Assembly (NCBI GenBank): GCA_032718475.1
Contig: JAUCBJ010008264.1
Span: 40,136 to 104,135 of the forward strand
Source: Nemertoderma westbladi
Taxonomy: Eukaryota > Animalia > Xenacoelomorpha
Length of the DNA stretch: 64,000 nt
Direction of reading: 5' to 3'
Each line of letters begins with the position of its first letter. Position 1 is the first letter of the stretch. Below the pieces are notes generated by a model. It had not been told where the DNA came from, did no database searches, and saw only the letters and a list, made by a program, of their open reading frames with translations. The position numbers and the translations under genes were made by a program. Below are positions 39,535 through 51,303 of this stretch, piece by piece.

Positions 39535-40185
39535 ATGGAATACTCCAAAGTGTCAATCATAATTAGTTTATCATTATTTTATGTAACTATTTGTTTAGGA
39601 GGCTCTTGTAAAACTGGAAATTCCCTTTTCGTAAAGTCCGAAAATGAACAACTACAAACCTATTTTACAGATGCATTGGTAGACCTCATAGTTACACAGA
39701 ACAACTATAAGTATTTCAACTACACAAGGATTAAGAGAGACTGCAATACTTGCGGCATTGTACATATCAGATTCTCAGGAATTCCTGGAGATGATTTCAA
39801 ATCCAAGGATGAGGTTGTATTCTATTACTCGACTCTAGAATGTTGGGACAAGTGTTTAGAGCTGAACGAGCCTACATGCACACTGCAGTACAACATCGCT
39901 GTAGAGAGAGACCAGGATAGTATGTCGGATGATTTCTATCTTTTTATAAGGGTAGTTCGGTGGGGAGAAAGCTTTTTTACCGAAGTGGCAAGCACATGTC
40001 AATGGCAATGTTGCAATATTACCGGTAGCGGTTGTCCATCTGTGACATGGAAGGATGAACCCATAGCAGAAACCACGAGCATGGTTGTCATGGAAACCTC
40101 TACAGAAACAAACGGATCCCATAACATCGATCTGATCTTTCAGATACAGGTTGGAATTGTACTTCTTGGGGTTTTTATCTTCTAA
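39535..40185 (+). CDS. Single-exon secreted, probably GPI-anchored, cysteine-rich protein (216 aa), family unknown
   Basis: Signal peptide-like MEYSKVSIIISLSLFYVTICLG, about ten Cys, an S/T/E-rich stalk, and a hydrophobic C-terminus IQVGIVLLGVFIF ending at the stop. Confidence 0.7.
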   Translation: MEYSKVSIIISLSLFYVTICLGGSCKTGNSLFVKSENEQLQTYFTDALVDLIVTQNNYKYFNYTRIKRDCNTCGIVHIRFSGIPGDDFKSKDEVVFYYSTLECWDKCLELNEPTCTLQYNIAVERDQDSMSDDFYLFIRVVRWGESFFTEVASTCQWQCCNITGSGCPSVTWKDEPIAETTSMVVMETSTETNGSHNIDLIFQIQVGIVLLGVFIF

Positions 40186-41078
40186 GAGTGTTGGAAATCA
40201 ACTATTTTGTTGGTGATGGTATAATTCTTTGAATATTTGTGTATTATAGATAGCGCCCATTCTTGAATTGCACCTGTTTGTGGGGTGGTAGAACTATTGT
40301 GTACCAGCAATATTTGTTGTCCCCGTATACCATTGCCATTTTCAGAAACTTTAAATTTTGAAGATGTCACCTAAAATTGATTTTATTTTATAAAATGTGT
40401 CCAAAATTCTTATGATGGACCTTCCATTTCTTGGTTTTTCCATAACTCCGAATCATATAGAAGCGCTTTCAGAAACATAAAAATTGGAGTATCAATTTTC
40501 ATCATTATATTTTGTGTGCCGCGAGCCAAATGTGGATCACCAAATAAACCACTTTGAAAATTTCAAAATTACGAGAACCGCGCTCAGTATTGTGGCACCA
40601 ACAATTTAACGTAAGTCATTTTAAATGCGCTGAGATTTATGCCATTTGTATGATCATCCAAAAAAACCCAGATAAGTATTTTAGTAATATATAATTTGCA
40701 TTGCTGAGGTTGAAAACCCTCAAAACGACTCGAAATACGTTCCAAAATATACCTATGACTATCCAAACAGTTAATCCAACAATTACCTTAGATTGATTTT
40801 CAATTACGTATACAGTATATTTTATTGGTTTCATGACAAATAAAGGTATTTAATGTGTACATACTAGAGGATATTGCAAAAATAAAATTATTGTTTTATA
40901 GTTCATTTATAATCCAATTCTGTAATATACCTAACCGAATACGTGTTAACGTTTATGTTAATAAACTGTTGGTTAAGGAAGCTCAACAATCATGTTACCC
41001 CGATATAATAATGAACTTAAGGATGATCTTGACCATTTTGGTTGTACATGGGAGTTTAATCCACCTCATTCCTCGCAC

Positions 41079-44000
41079 TTATAGACTTAGTGTATTATCA
41101 AGAATACTTCTTATAGACCGTACTTTCCTCTCCCACACACCACCAAAGTGCGAGGAATGAGGTGGATTAAACTCCCATGTACAACCAAAATGGTCAAGAT
41201 CATCCTTAAGTTCGTTTATATTAATTAGTTGTTTATCCTCATTGAATGCTCCGATAAAATTAGAACCATGGTCACTTCTTAATAACTTACAAGTGCCACG
41301 AATTGCTAAGAATCTCCTCAATGCATTTCTAAAGGTAGGAGTGTCCATCGAGCAGAGCATTTCTATGTGAACTGCCCGTGAAACTAAACATGTAAATAGT
41401 AATGCCCATGATTTCTTTGTACTACAATTACGACGAGTTGTTTGTCCTTCAGTAATCGACCATGGGCCAAATACATCAATTCCTGTATTTGTGAATGGCG
41501 CAACAAGTTCTAATCGATCCTGTGGGAGATCTGCCATTTTCTGGATGCCCAATGGACCTCGAAGTCTCTGGCAAAGAGCACAGTTCCTGAATAGTTTATT
41601 CAAAAGCGTTCGACCTCCAATAATGTGAAATCCGCTGTTTCGTAATGCTCCAAGTGTCAGATGTCTGCCTTGATGTCCAACCTTAATGTGAAAATGTTGT
41701 AGAATCAATGTGGCTATTGGGTGGTGTGCAGGTATCAGTTGTGGATGACGGGCATCAAAAGGAATATCTGACCTTTTCAGTCTTCCTCCCACAAGTATTA
41801 TACCAGTTGCATTTAAAACTGGTGCTAGCTTGGCAATAGCATTATCTTCCCTCAAAGATTTACCTTCCTTAAGTTTCATTATTATATCGGGGTAACATGA
41901 TTGTTGAGCTTCCTTAACCAACAGTGTCACTGCCTCTAAAGGCGATATGATTTTCATATTTACCTTTCTAATCTTAGATACTAGTTTGTTGCAAAATGTT
42001 GCAACAATAATGACGACATTTATTATTTTATTCCAGGAGAAACAATGTTTGTATGTCTCATGAAATAATGAACCTGAATTAACCTTTAGCACTTTTAAAG
42101 TTGTTTTTCTTTGCTCAATTTCTTCAGGTAATGATATTTCTTCAGTGTAATCATTTCCAAATCTACAGGAATGGTCCCTCAACAATGCAGGACCAGTATA
42201 CCATATAGAAGATTTCAACTCTTTAATCTTTATTGGCCTGGTAGCCATATCAGCTGGATTATTATCAGTGGATATGTAATTCCACTGTGAAGATGATGAA
42301 ATATTATGAATTACTTGAACTCGACGAGTCACATAACGACTGAAACATTTCTTTTTATTGTTCAAGTATCCTAAGACCACACGACTATCAGTATAATAAT
42401 ATAGTTCACTAGGTTTGTTCTGCATTGCTGTAATAATTTCTTTACTAGAGACTGTGGCGTCAACTGCAGCGCACAACTCTTTTCTTGGAACAGATGTAGC
42501 AGAATGTGGTATTACACGTGAATTCCCATTCACAAAGGCTACATGAATATCGCTATTTGAGTTAACTGATCTTGAATATATAACATAACCAATGCCACTA
42601 TCAGAAGCATCAGAAAATATATGTAACTCTGTTAAAATGGGTTCGCCAAAATTTATTGGTCGAAGTGAACGTGGAATCGTCAAGCAATTTAGCTCATGAA
42701 GAGAGTCAACCCAGTTGTTCCATTCATGACGAAATTCTCCAGGCAACTCTGTATCCCAATCATATTCTACTAATATACTATTTCCTTCAGTGCGTCTTGG
42801 AATAACTTTCCTCTGGAATAGCCTTCCAGTTAAGATTATTGGACTTGCAAATCCAATTGGGTCAAAAATAGAATTTATGACTGCTAGTATACCTCTTTTG
42901 GTAAATGGCTTCTCAGGCAAATTAACTCGCATGATAAAACAATCTTTTTCAGAATCCCAAATAACTCCTAGGGTCTTTTGAATTGCCGAACCAACTATTG
43001 CCACTTGAGATGACTGAACATTACTTGGTAAAGCCTCAAGTACCTCCTTATTGCTACACGTAATCTTGTGTAATCGTATATGAAATGTCTTCAAGACATC
43101 AATAGATCCCTGCAAAATCTCAATACATTTCTGGACGGTATTAGCACTTCCAAAACCGTCATCCATGTAGAAATCGTTCTTTATATAATTTACAACTTCT
43201 TTAGGAGGGGTTGGTTTCACAATATCAACAGTGTGATGAAGATTAGCAATGGCAATGTTAGGACTAGGGCCATTGCCAAACAAATGTACTTTACTTCTAT
43301 AAATAGCAAGCGGTAGCTTAGGATTATTATTTTGAAACCAAAAAAATCGTAAAAAATCACGATGTTCAGGATTTACTTCGAAGCAATAAAACATAGATTC
43401 GATGTCTGCTCCAAATCCAATGGCACCTTCCCTAAAATGTACTAATACATCTCTGAGTTTATTATTCTTATCAGGCCCTTGTAGTAACTCTAAGTTCAGA
43501 CTTGTGCCATAATATTTAGCTGAACTGTCGAAAACCATCCTCACTCTATTTTTATTTTCTTCTTTAACTGGAAATAGAGGAATATACCATGATTTTCCTT
43601 TAGGACAATGAATCTCATCACTGGGAACTAATTCAAATTTTTCTGTTGAAATAAATTTACCCATAGATGATAAGCATTGCTCGAGCTTATGAGAATCAGA
43701 TTTCATTTTCATAAGCATATTATATGTTCTCTTATATACTGCATTCTTATTATCAGGCAGGATTGGATCAAGATCGCGGAAAGGTAAGGGAGATTGCAAT
43801 CTTCCATCCAGATTTATTGTAATATTAGGTAATATACGTTGGTCAAATTGTAGATCTTCTATTGATTTTCCTTTTAGCTCATCATCTGGAAAAGCAATAA
43901 ATGGGTTGGAAGCAATTGCTTGTAGTGGATCTGGAAGAATATTATAATCATATTCCTTGAAACCTAATTTGGATGACAAATGGTTATGAGAACAACTATA

Positions 44001-46814
44001 TTGTGTTCTTAATACTTTATGGGTTCTAAGCTTTATTGGACATGTTTCCCCTACAGCTGCCCACCCCAGAGGGGTTTTATGTATGATTGGAGAAATGTCA
44101 CTGAATGTTTTAGTAATTAATAACTCATGGCAATCACGCCCAAGAAGTAGTAGTGTTCTGCTATTCAAATCCTTTGTATTGAACTTGTTGGCAAATTCTT
44201 TCAAATGAGGAATTGAAGATATTATTTCTGGTGTAGCAACTTCATGAATAGCTTCTGGAATACCACTGTTAGTAAACAATGGTGGTAATTTATACCAATG
44301 TAACTCGCCAAATCCTCGTATAGATATTCCATCTAATATCATACCAGTCTCCTTATATTGAAAATGCCCCATGGTCGAAGTTATATAATTATGTTCAGGG
44401 CCTTCGATTCCAAAGAATTTTGCTACAAATGGATCTGAATAAGATGAATCAGACTGTTCATCAAGAATGGCATAGCATCGTAACTTCCTACTTTTATAAT
44501 GTGGAACACTCAACTCAACTAAAAACACTTTAGTGCAACTTCTACCATCACTGCTGTCACAAAATGTGGTACAACGACTATGTCTATCTTTAACTTCTTG
44601 TGAGTTAGATACATTTGAAGATTTTCCAGATGTTCCCTGCACTGGGTTCTGTTGGGAACTACTACTTGTTTCCTTCTTTGGTTCTTGTACTAAATGTAAG
44701 GCTGTGCAATGTTGATTCGTTCTACATTTATAGCAGAAAACAGTCACCCTACAATTACTTTTATGGTGATTTCCAGTACATCTTGCGCAAATATTATATC
44801 TTTCAATAAATTCAATCTTCTTCTCTGAAGATAGATTGGCAAACTGTATACAATCAGCCACAGAATGACCTGTTATATTATGGAAAAGACAAACTCTCTT
44901 TGAATCTGTCTTCATTATTTTATGTTTATTTGGGAACTTCCCAGAACTATTGTTGCTAGCAGTGAAATGTTGATACCTTGGTGGATGAGGTGGAGGAGCA
45001 GGATTGGTAACTTTCTTATCTCTCTCAATGGGTTTTGTTTTATTATACCTCCTAAAATGAGGATTTAGTTGATTCCGAGTTATAGTATTTAGAAATTCCA
45101 TAAAATATTGGAATGATGGATGTCTCCCATGAGTAGATTCGTAATTTCCTCCTTTCTCAATCCATTTATGGTCTATCCAAGATGGAAGTTTATTTCGGAT
45201 CGATTCAAGACCATTAAAATGATTAAAATCCTGCAATTCAGAAATCTTGGTCATATTCAAATTGATGATTTTACATAAATCACTAAGATCTTGTAGTCGA
45301 GAAGGATCATCATCCACCCTAATTGGAGGAAAATCTGCTATCATATCTCTTAATGATCTTGCGACTTCAGGACCACATCCGAATCTCAGAACTAACTCGT
45401 TCCATATTTCATTAAGTGTTACAGCTGGATCTGCACTACTGGAATTAAGATAGGTCTCTATAAGTTTCTTAGGAGCCTTATCAGTGTTTGCTTTTAAAAA
45501 TTGAATCCGGTCCAGTGGTGATAATTCAATATTTGCCAATTTATTTTCCAGTAGTAAGGCCCAAGACCAGAATTTTTGAGGTTCACCTTTATATGGTTCA
45601 TCAGATTTTTGAAGTAGGTCTTTCCTAATCAAATAAAATGCAGAAATATCTATTTGTGAAGGCATAGCCATCGAAATGTGTTGAGGTTGATCAGCTATTG
45701 TTCCAGGTGGCACATAGCCAGGGTTTTGAAGCCCAGATGCTGCAGAAAAGTTTACTACCTTCGAAACTGAAGTTACTGCAAGAGGCTGTTGAATGGGATA
45801 AGAACTCCATGAATTAATAACTGGAACTGGATTATGTACTGAAAAGTCTGTACTTGGTCTAGAACCCAAGTAACCTTGAGCTGGAGTTGAAAAATTAAAA
45901 CCAGTCCGACCATATATGTTTGGATTAATATATGGTGAGGTAGGTCGGATTGGAGTTGGTAATGATGTAAATGGTGGTACTGTAGGAATTACATTGGGAA
46001 CTGATGGGTACACAGAAGCATAAGGATTAAGTCCCATCTGTAAGTTTGTAGCCATTGTGGTTATGTAATTATGTGGTTGAGTGCCTATAAAAGAGGCTGC
46101 TAATGGATAAGATACATTACTCCCCGCTGTAACTACAGTAGAGGAACTGGAGCCCATGACTGCTGCTGAATATACTGATGATGAAGGTAATGTAGATCTC
46201 ACATTATACATAGATGTCACTATGGGCTTTTGACTAAGTGTACCATTATCATTAATAGAAACATTACCTAAGGCTGTTGTCAAAGTTGTAAGCAAGCTAT
46301 TGGATTGAACTATACCCTGACCAGAAATTACATCTTCATCATCAGAACTATTGTCTTGATTCACAGATGTTGGTAAATTTTCAATAAAAGTGGTGACCTT
46401 GTCTCGAGAAATTTTGGTAAGGTCATTCTCGGTATCTACAAATATAGATGTTGTTGAAATTGAAATACTCTCTTCAACACCAAATGTTTTTCTATAAGAG
46501 GATATTTGATGAAGAACAGAATTCGAAAAACTGCGAATATCTTTATAATCATTAAATAGTTGCAGTTTTTCTTCATTAGCACCAACTTTTGAATATTTAG
46601 TTTCTAATAATCTATAGTTTGTGTTAAGTTGTGCCCTTGCTTCTTTGATTCTGCTAACATGTGTGTTAACTTCATCTAAAGACTTATAATGGGTTGGTGG
46701 AATATCACACAAATTTTCTAATATTAATTTACAACCTTCAAACATCTTAAAGAGGGTTGGAAGTGGTTGTGTTGCAGAACGTTTGGACTGGCGTGAGGAT
46801 TGAGATGTTGCCAT
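41079..46814 (-). CDS. gag-pol: BEL/Pao LTR retrotransposon Gag-Pol polyprotein (1911 aa), truncated in the integrase
   Basis: Three BEL-type knuckles (CLFHNITGHSVADC, CARCTGNHHKSNC, CYKCRTNQHCTALH); protease ILDEQS; RT FYMDD; RNase H IFSDAS...YTDS; integrase H..GH..CALC, GIDVFGP, SDHGSNF, GGVWER. The terminal stop is created by a rearrangement junction. Confidence 0.95.
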   Translation of the reverse strand: MATSQSSRQSKRSATQPLPTLFKMFEGCKLILENLCDIPPTHYKSLDEVNTHVSRIKEARAQLNTNYRLLETKYSKVGANEEKLQLFNDYKDIRSFSNSVLHQISSYRKTFGVEESISISTTSIFVDTENDLTKISRDKVTTFIENLPTSVNQDNSSDDEDVISGQGIVQSNSLLTTLTTALGNVSINDNGTLSQKPIVTSMYNVRSTLPSSSVYSAAVMGSSSSTVVTAGSNVSYPLAASFIGTQPHNYITTMATNLQMGLNPYASVYPSVPNVIPTVPPFTSLPTPIRPTSPYINPNIYGRTGFNFSTPAQGYLGSRPSTDFSVHNPVPVINSWSSYPIQQPLAVTSVSKVVNFSAASGLQNPGYVPPGTIADQPQHISMAMPSQIDISAFYLIRKDLLQKSDEPYKGEPQKFWSWALLLENKLANIELSPLDRIQFLKANTDKAPKKLIETYLNSSSADPAVTLNEIWNELVLRFGCGPEVARSLRDMIADFPPIRVDDDPSRLQDLSDLCKIINLNMTKISELQDFNHFNGLESIRNKLPSWIDHKWIEKGGNYESTHGRHPSFQYFMEFLNTITRNQLNPHFRRYNKTKPIERDKKVTNPAPPPHPPRYQHFTASNNSSGKFPNKHKIMKTDSKRVCLFHNITGHSVADCIQFANLSSEKKIEFIERYNICARCTGNHHKSNCRVTVFCYKCRTNQHCTALHLVQEPKKETSSSSQQNPVQGTSGKSSNVSNSQEVKDRHSRCTTFCDSSDGRSCTKVFLVELSVPHYKSRKLRCYAILDEQSDSSYSDPFVAKFFGIEGPEHNYITSTMGHFQYKETGMILDGISIRGFGELHWYKLPPLFTNSGIPEAIHEVATPEIISSIPHLKEFANKFNTKDLNSRTLLLLGRDCHELLITKTFSDISPIIHKTPLGWAAVGETCPIKLRTHKVLRTQYSCSHNHLSSKLGFKEYDYNILPDPLQAIASNPFIAFPDDELKGKSIEDLQFDQRILPNITINLDGRLQSPLPFRDLDPILPDNKNAVYKRTYNMLMKMKSDSHKLEQCLSSMGKFISTEKFELVPSDEIHCPKGKSWYIPLFPVKEENKNRVRMVFDSSAKYYGTSLNLELLQGPDKNNKLRDVLVHFREGAIGFGADIESMFYCFEVNPEHRDFLRFFWFQNNNPKLPLAIYRSKVHLFGNGPSPNIAIANLHHTVDIVKPTPPKEVVNYIKNDFYMDDGFGSANTVQKCIEILQGSIDVLKTFHIRLHKITCSNKEVLEALPSNVQSSQVAIVGSAIQKTLGVIWDSEKDCFIMRVNLPEKPFTKRGILAVINSIFDPIGFASPIILTGRLFQRKVIPRRTEGNSILVEYDWDTELPGEFRHEWNNWVDSLHELNCLTIPRSLRPINFGEPILTELHIFSDASDSGIGYVIYSRSVNSNSDIHVAFVNGNSRVIPHSATSVPRKELCAAVDATVSSKEIITAMQNKPSELYYYTDSRVVLGYLNNKKKCFSRYVTRRVQVIHNISSSSQWNYISTDNNPADMATRPIKIKELKSSIWYTGPALLRDHSCRFGNDYTEEISLPEEIEQRKTTLKVLKVNSGSLFHETYKHCFSWNKIINVVIIVATFCNKLVSKIRKVNMKIISPLEAVTLLVKEAQQSCYPDIIMKLKEGKSLREDNAIAKLAPVLNATGIILVGGRLKRSDIPFDARHPQLIPAHHPIATLILQHFHIKVGHQGRHLTLGALRNSGFHIIGGRTLLNKLFRNCALCQRLRGPLGIQKMADLPQDRLELVAPFTNTGIDVFGPWSITEGQTTRRNCSTKKSWALLFTCLVSRAVHIEMLCSMDTPTFRNALRRFLAIRGTCKLLRSDHGSNFIGAFNEDKQLININELKDDLDHFGCTWEFNPPHSSHFGGVWERKVRSIRSILDNTLSL

Positions 46815-47710
46815 ATTTAATTATTTGTTAAATATATTTAATTGGATAAATTAAACACCATTTTACATCTCAGATTTATTGAGATATGTGAATGGTAACC
46901 ACTAATCTTATTTGTTACATATTTATATCACTATGCAATCAATTTTATATATACATTCAATTTTATACATTACATTTTATACAATCGATTTATTTTATAT
47001 ATATGTTGCAGGATATATATACACCAGTCTTTGTGGTTACTTAAACTATTGCAGAAGTTGCCGTCTACCGGTAGGCCTATACTGAATTACAATATAAACT
47101 GTCCCATAATATGAGTACCGGTAACTGTACCAGCATAAACTGGATTATTTCTGTACAAAAATCGGTCTCTAAATTGTTGTAGCCTATATATAGCGATGTG
47201 CTATTCTGCCTATAAATTAATTGATATTAATTCAATAATAATTACCGGCTAAAGTCTGGCAGTTGAGACACAATTCGTCCGTAGTGTAGTTGTCCTCGAG
47301 TCAGGAAATCCCACCACGTTCTCTGGTCGTTCTCAGGTTTGTTGGCCCGAATATGAGAATTCCAGTCAGGGTTGCCGATAGGCCGTAATTCAGGTTGTAT
47401 TGACAGTCCCTGACTTGGTTGGGTGTAAAGGAATCGATTGTGAGAAAGGAGCCAAGGCGAGGAATGGAAAATCGCGTTCAGCTGCTAGTAGATTGACTAT
47501 CTGATGGATGTGAGCACAATCAGGCAGTCTGCAGTCTGCGTTTATTCTAATCGCGATCCGGTAGGACTCGTCGTCGATTTGTAGACCTATTGATTGTATA
47601 TCGTTGTCGGCAAAGCCACACCCAACGAATATTCGACGAGTCAGATGGTTGGTGGATTCATGACCGCTTGATTAGATTGCCGTTCACTTTAGTAGTAGGC
47701 CGAGTTCTTT

Positions 47711-48030
47711 ACTCTTCTGGCGGGTCCCAGGGGAACACCATAGAATAACATTTTGAGTTGTTTAAACCACACGTTTATTATTATGCAACGGTTGATTATC
47801 CCATAGTGCAGTACAGCAGTAGTGCTGTAATGCCGTAGGTAAAGAACTATAAGCTCTAAAGGGCTTTTTTCCAGCTACTCCCTAACTCTGGATTGTACAT
47901 ACCGGTACCTCTAACACAGGACTAAGTTCACCCAATACACCATTATCTAAATTGTATATAGTCTATGTAATAATATAACTACAGTATAAAATATCAAACT
48001 TTCAAACACATAACTACAGTTTACCAAAAC
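47711..48030 (-). repeat. Probable remnant of the BEL 5' LTR
   Basis: A minus-strand AATAAA (~47774-47779) lies about 65 nt before a candidate LTR end followed by GTAAAAGAAC, upstream of the gag leader. There is no partner LTR to confirm it. Confidence 0.4.
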
Positions 48031-50900
48031 ACTAACTACGCGGCCTACCAGGCCCTCTGCTCCCTGTCTACTAACTACGTGGCCTACCAGGCCCTCAGCT
48101 TCCTGTCTACTAACTACGTGGCCTACCAGGCCCTCTGCTCCCTGTCTACTAACTACGTGGCCTACCAGGCCCTCTGCTCCCTGGTTACGTAGGCCCGACG
48201 TGTTTACATTAATAGCACCCATATTAGAAACGGAATTAATTTGCTCGCCTGAAACAAAACCATTTGCATTACTCTGCGCGACCACGTTGACTGAATTATT
48301 CTGTAAATTCGGGCTAAAATCATTATTTAAATTATTCGAATTATTCTGTATAATTGCGTTATTTAAGTTATTTTGTAGGTCCGAATTCGGATTATTATTT
48401 TGATTATTTGAATTATTTTGCGTAACTACATCAACATTAGAATTATTTTCTACATTAGTATTGGGATTGTTCTGATTTAAATTTAAATTACTACCACTAG
48501 GCAAAGTATTTCCTGCAACAAAGGTTTGATTAGTGTTATCCCATACGGTACTATTAATATCAACAATGTCTACTGTACCATTATTATTATTATTACCCCC
48601 CCCCCCCCCCCGCTCGTACGGTCGCACCAGTCTTGAGTCTGTCGTGCGGTCCCTGTCAGTGGGGTATTAATAAATGTATCTACGGCCCCTGGCTCCTCAA
48701 AAATACTCGAGCCGGCCCCAGTTTCAGACGGCGGTCCCACTCGCACGTATTCCAACTCGTGCGTCCCTCTAATTATATTTCCCGCATACTCACTCTGCCG
48801 TTTCTCTAATTCCTTGCGCTCCTTTTCACTCTCTTCCACTATCCCCTCACGCTCCTGGGTGTCCTTGATGGCCGAGTCTGCGGCACTCTTAATGCTCTCC
48901 CTTCGTCTCGCCCCACGCTCTTTGCGTTCCTTTTCCTTTCTCGTCTCATATTCCTTGCGTTCCGCCTCACGCTCCTTGCGTTCCTTTTCCTTTCTCGCCT
49001 CACGCTCCTTGCGTTCCCTTTCCTCTCTCGCCTCACGCTCCTTGCGTTCCCTTTCCTCTCTCGCCTCACGCTCCTTGCGTTCCTTTTCCATTCCCGCCTC
49101 ACGCTCCTTGCGTTCCTTTTCCATTCCCGCCTCACGCTCCTTGCGTTCCGCCTCACGCTCCTTGCGTTCCTTTTCCTCTCTCGCTTCACGCTCCCTACAC
49201 TCCCTTTCCTCTATCTCATCATACTCCCTTAGGCTTTTCAAAGCCCTTTCGGCCCTTTCTCCGGTTTCTCTAAGCAATACCGTTTCCCTCTCTAACCGCA
49301 CTCTTCCCTCCTCTAGCCGTTCCTTCATTTCTCTCTGACCTTGCTCTGCCATGCTGAGACGGTATGCGGCTCCTATTTTTCTCACCGCTCTTTCTTTCGC
49401 GGAGGATGTAGCAGACTTATCGGTTACGACGGACTTCCCCCGCCTTCCCGACCTACTAACTTTCTCCCCCTTCCCGGAGCTTTCTCCGACCGACGAGGCC
49501 GAATCCTCGGTGTTAACCTCGGATTCGCCCTCTTCAGGTCCCTTCCAACCCACTGGTTTCACTCCCCGGGCATCGACCAAGTATGGCCCTATGTACACTG
49601 GCGCTACGCTAGGTTCCATACTCCCACACTCCCATAGTTCAAACAGTTCGCCGGCTATCCTTTCTGCTCTCTCCCCGGCCAGTTCTCTCTGCCCAAAACG
49701 TATTAGGTAATTTAAGTGTTTATCCGACTCACCTAGTCGCTTTCTCAGTCTCACCTCGTCTACCTTCGCCCCTTCCTTCTTGGCGTCGTTTATCAGCTTC
49801 CGGGTCGCGTTGTAGGCCCGTCGAAGTCGCTCAGAAACCCCGACGTCCTCGTCGCCGACCTCTCCTCCGTCCCTCCGGGTCCGACGTCGTACCGGCGGCT
49901 CCACCGTCGCCGTTCCGGTGGGCCGTCCGTCGCCCTCGGCCTGTAGCTGGCCGGCGACATCGGTACCGATCTCTCCTCCGTCTCTTCGTGTCCGGCGTCG
50001 CACCGTCGGCCCCACCGTCGCCGTTTCGGTGGGCCGCCCGTCGCCCTCGGCCTGTAGCTGGCCGGCGACATCGGCGCGCCGTTCTCCCTCTCGTGTCGAC
50101 TCATCTCCTTCTCCCTCCGTCTCGCTCTCTCTCTCTCTTGGCTCGACTTCGGGTTCCAGGCCCCCCTCGTCCTGTGCTTCCGGTTCGCCCGTTATCGATG
50201 GCTCCGGCGTCGTGGGCCTGTATCGTTTGGTCGCGGCCTCGCGGATCGTTAGGTCTTCGTCCGGGGTCCGCGGTGGCGTCTCGCCCGACTCACTCATCTC
50301 GTCTGGTGGCTGATGGTTCGGCTAGCTAGGGTGGAGTTCTTTGTGTTTAACTGGGGCGGCAGCTCGTCTTTAGTTACTGAGTTTAGCTGGGGAAGCAACA
50401 CCGATTTAGTTACTGTGACGGGATCCAGGAGGGATCCCGATTTATCCGGTGTGGTATTTAGTCCACGCGTCCCCGCCGTGTATAAGAGTGAAATAAAGAT
50501 AACTGAGTTCTGAAGTTCGGTGTATAATAAGAGGTTATAAGATATAGATATATTGTGAATGTGTACAAGGCGGGATACGGTAACTAAAGTCCCGTGATCC
50601 CCTAACTAAACTAATTGGCTGTACCCTACGCTAGCACTGCTGCACTGAGATAACTGAATCACTGATTAATAGGTTATTGGTTATATTGCACGGTGGCCTT
50701 ACTGCTACTCAATCGATGCCATTCCCCCCTCTGATTGGTTAATACCCTTGTTGGCGCCCCGTGGAGTATTCCCGTTCACTCCACCTGTTCTCTCTGGGTT
50801 AGGGGTTTGGCCCCTGACCCTCTATTGTGTGCTTCCTTCCCACTCTTATTGGGAAGGCACGAGTTGGTTAATTGCCCAATCTCGTGGCTCCCAATATTGC
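48030..50900 (-). mobile_element. Unclassified retroelement-like family, copy A: 575-aa gag-like ORF (48570-50297) plus an N-rich continuation after poly-G; 3'-truncated
   Basis: Colinear protein homology with 61066-64000 (LRRAYNAT.KL, RLGES.KH..YL.RFGQ, Y.GPYLV, TG..RQTQDWC.RT). Contains 33-bp ERKEREA repeats and four 39-bp repeats (SRQGAEGLVGHVV). Confidence 0.7.
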
Positions 50901-51303
50901 TTATCGGCTAATAACTTTATGGGGTGTTGGCGGGATTGAATAAGCTAACATAGTAAGTCGTTCGCATGACTTAGTATGTCGTTCGCACGACTTTGTAAGT
51001 AGTTCGCAAGAGTTAGCCAATTTTTTATTTATTTTTAATGTTCCTTTAGGGGCGCCGTAGTAAACACACAGTTTTTTTTATAATATTTAAAAGATATTAA
51101 AACATTTGTTAAATAAATTTTTTTTAGTAAATTGGTTAATTATTTAGTTTAAATTGATAAATTATATAAATATTAATAATTTAGTACATTATTAGAGGTT
51201 CATTGTAATAATAAACGTATAATAATAATGTGATTTCTAACACGTTCTAAAGGGTTGGTGCACGAAAAAATTGTTGGGCCAGAAACAATCGAATAAGGGG
51301 TAA

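Noticed and set aside
47947-48627. 226-aa N-rich ORF as an independent gene
   Set aside because: It is the frameshifted continuation of the family copy A ORF, and its C-terminus reads through the junction into unrelated sequence.
48814-50329. Plus-strand S/R/L-rich ORFs, and similar ORFs opposite the 543-aa gene, Gypsy pol and BEL
   Set aside because: They are antisense or alternate-frame shadows of repetitive coding sequence.
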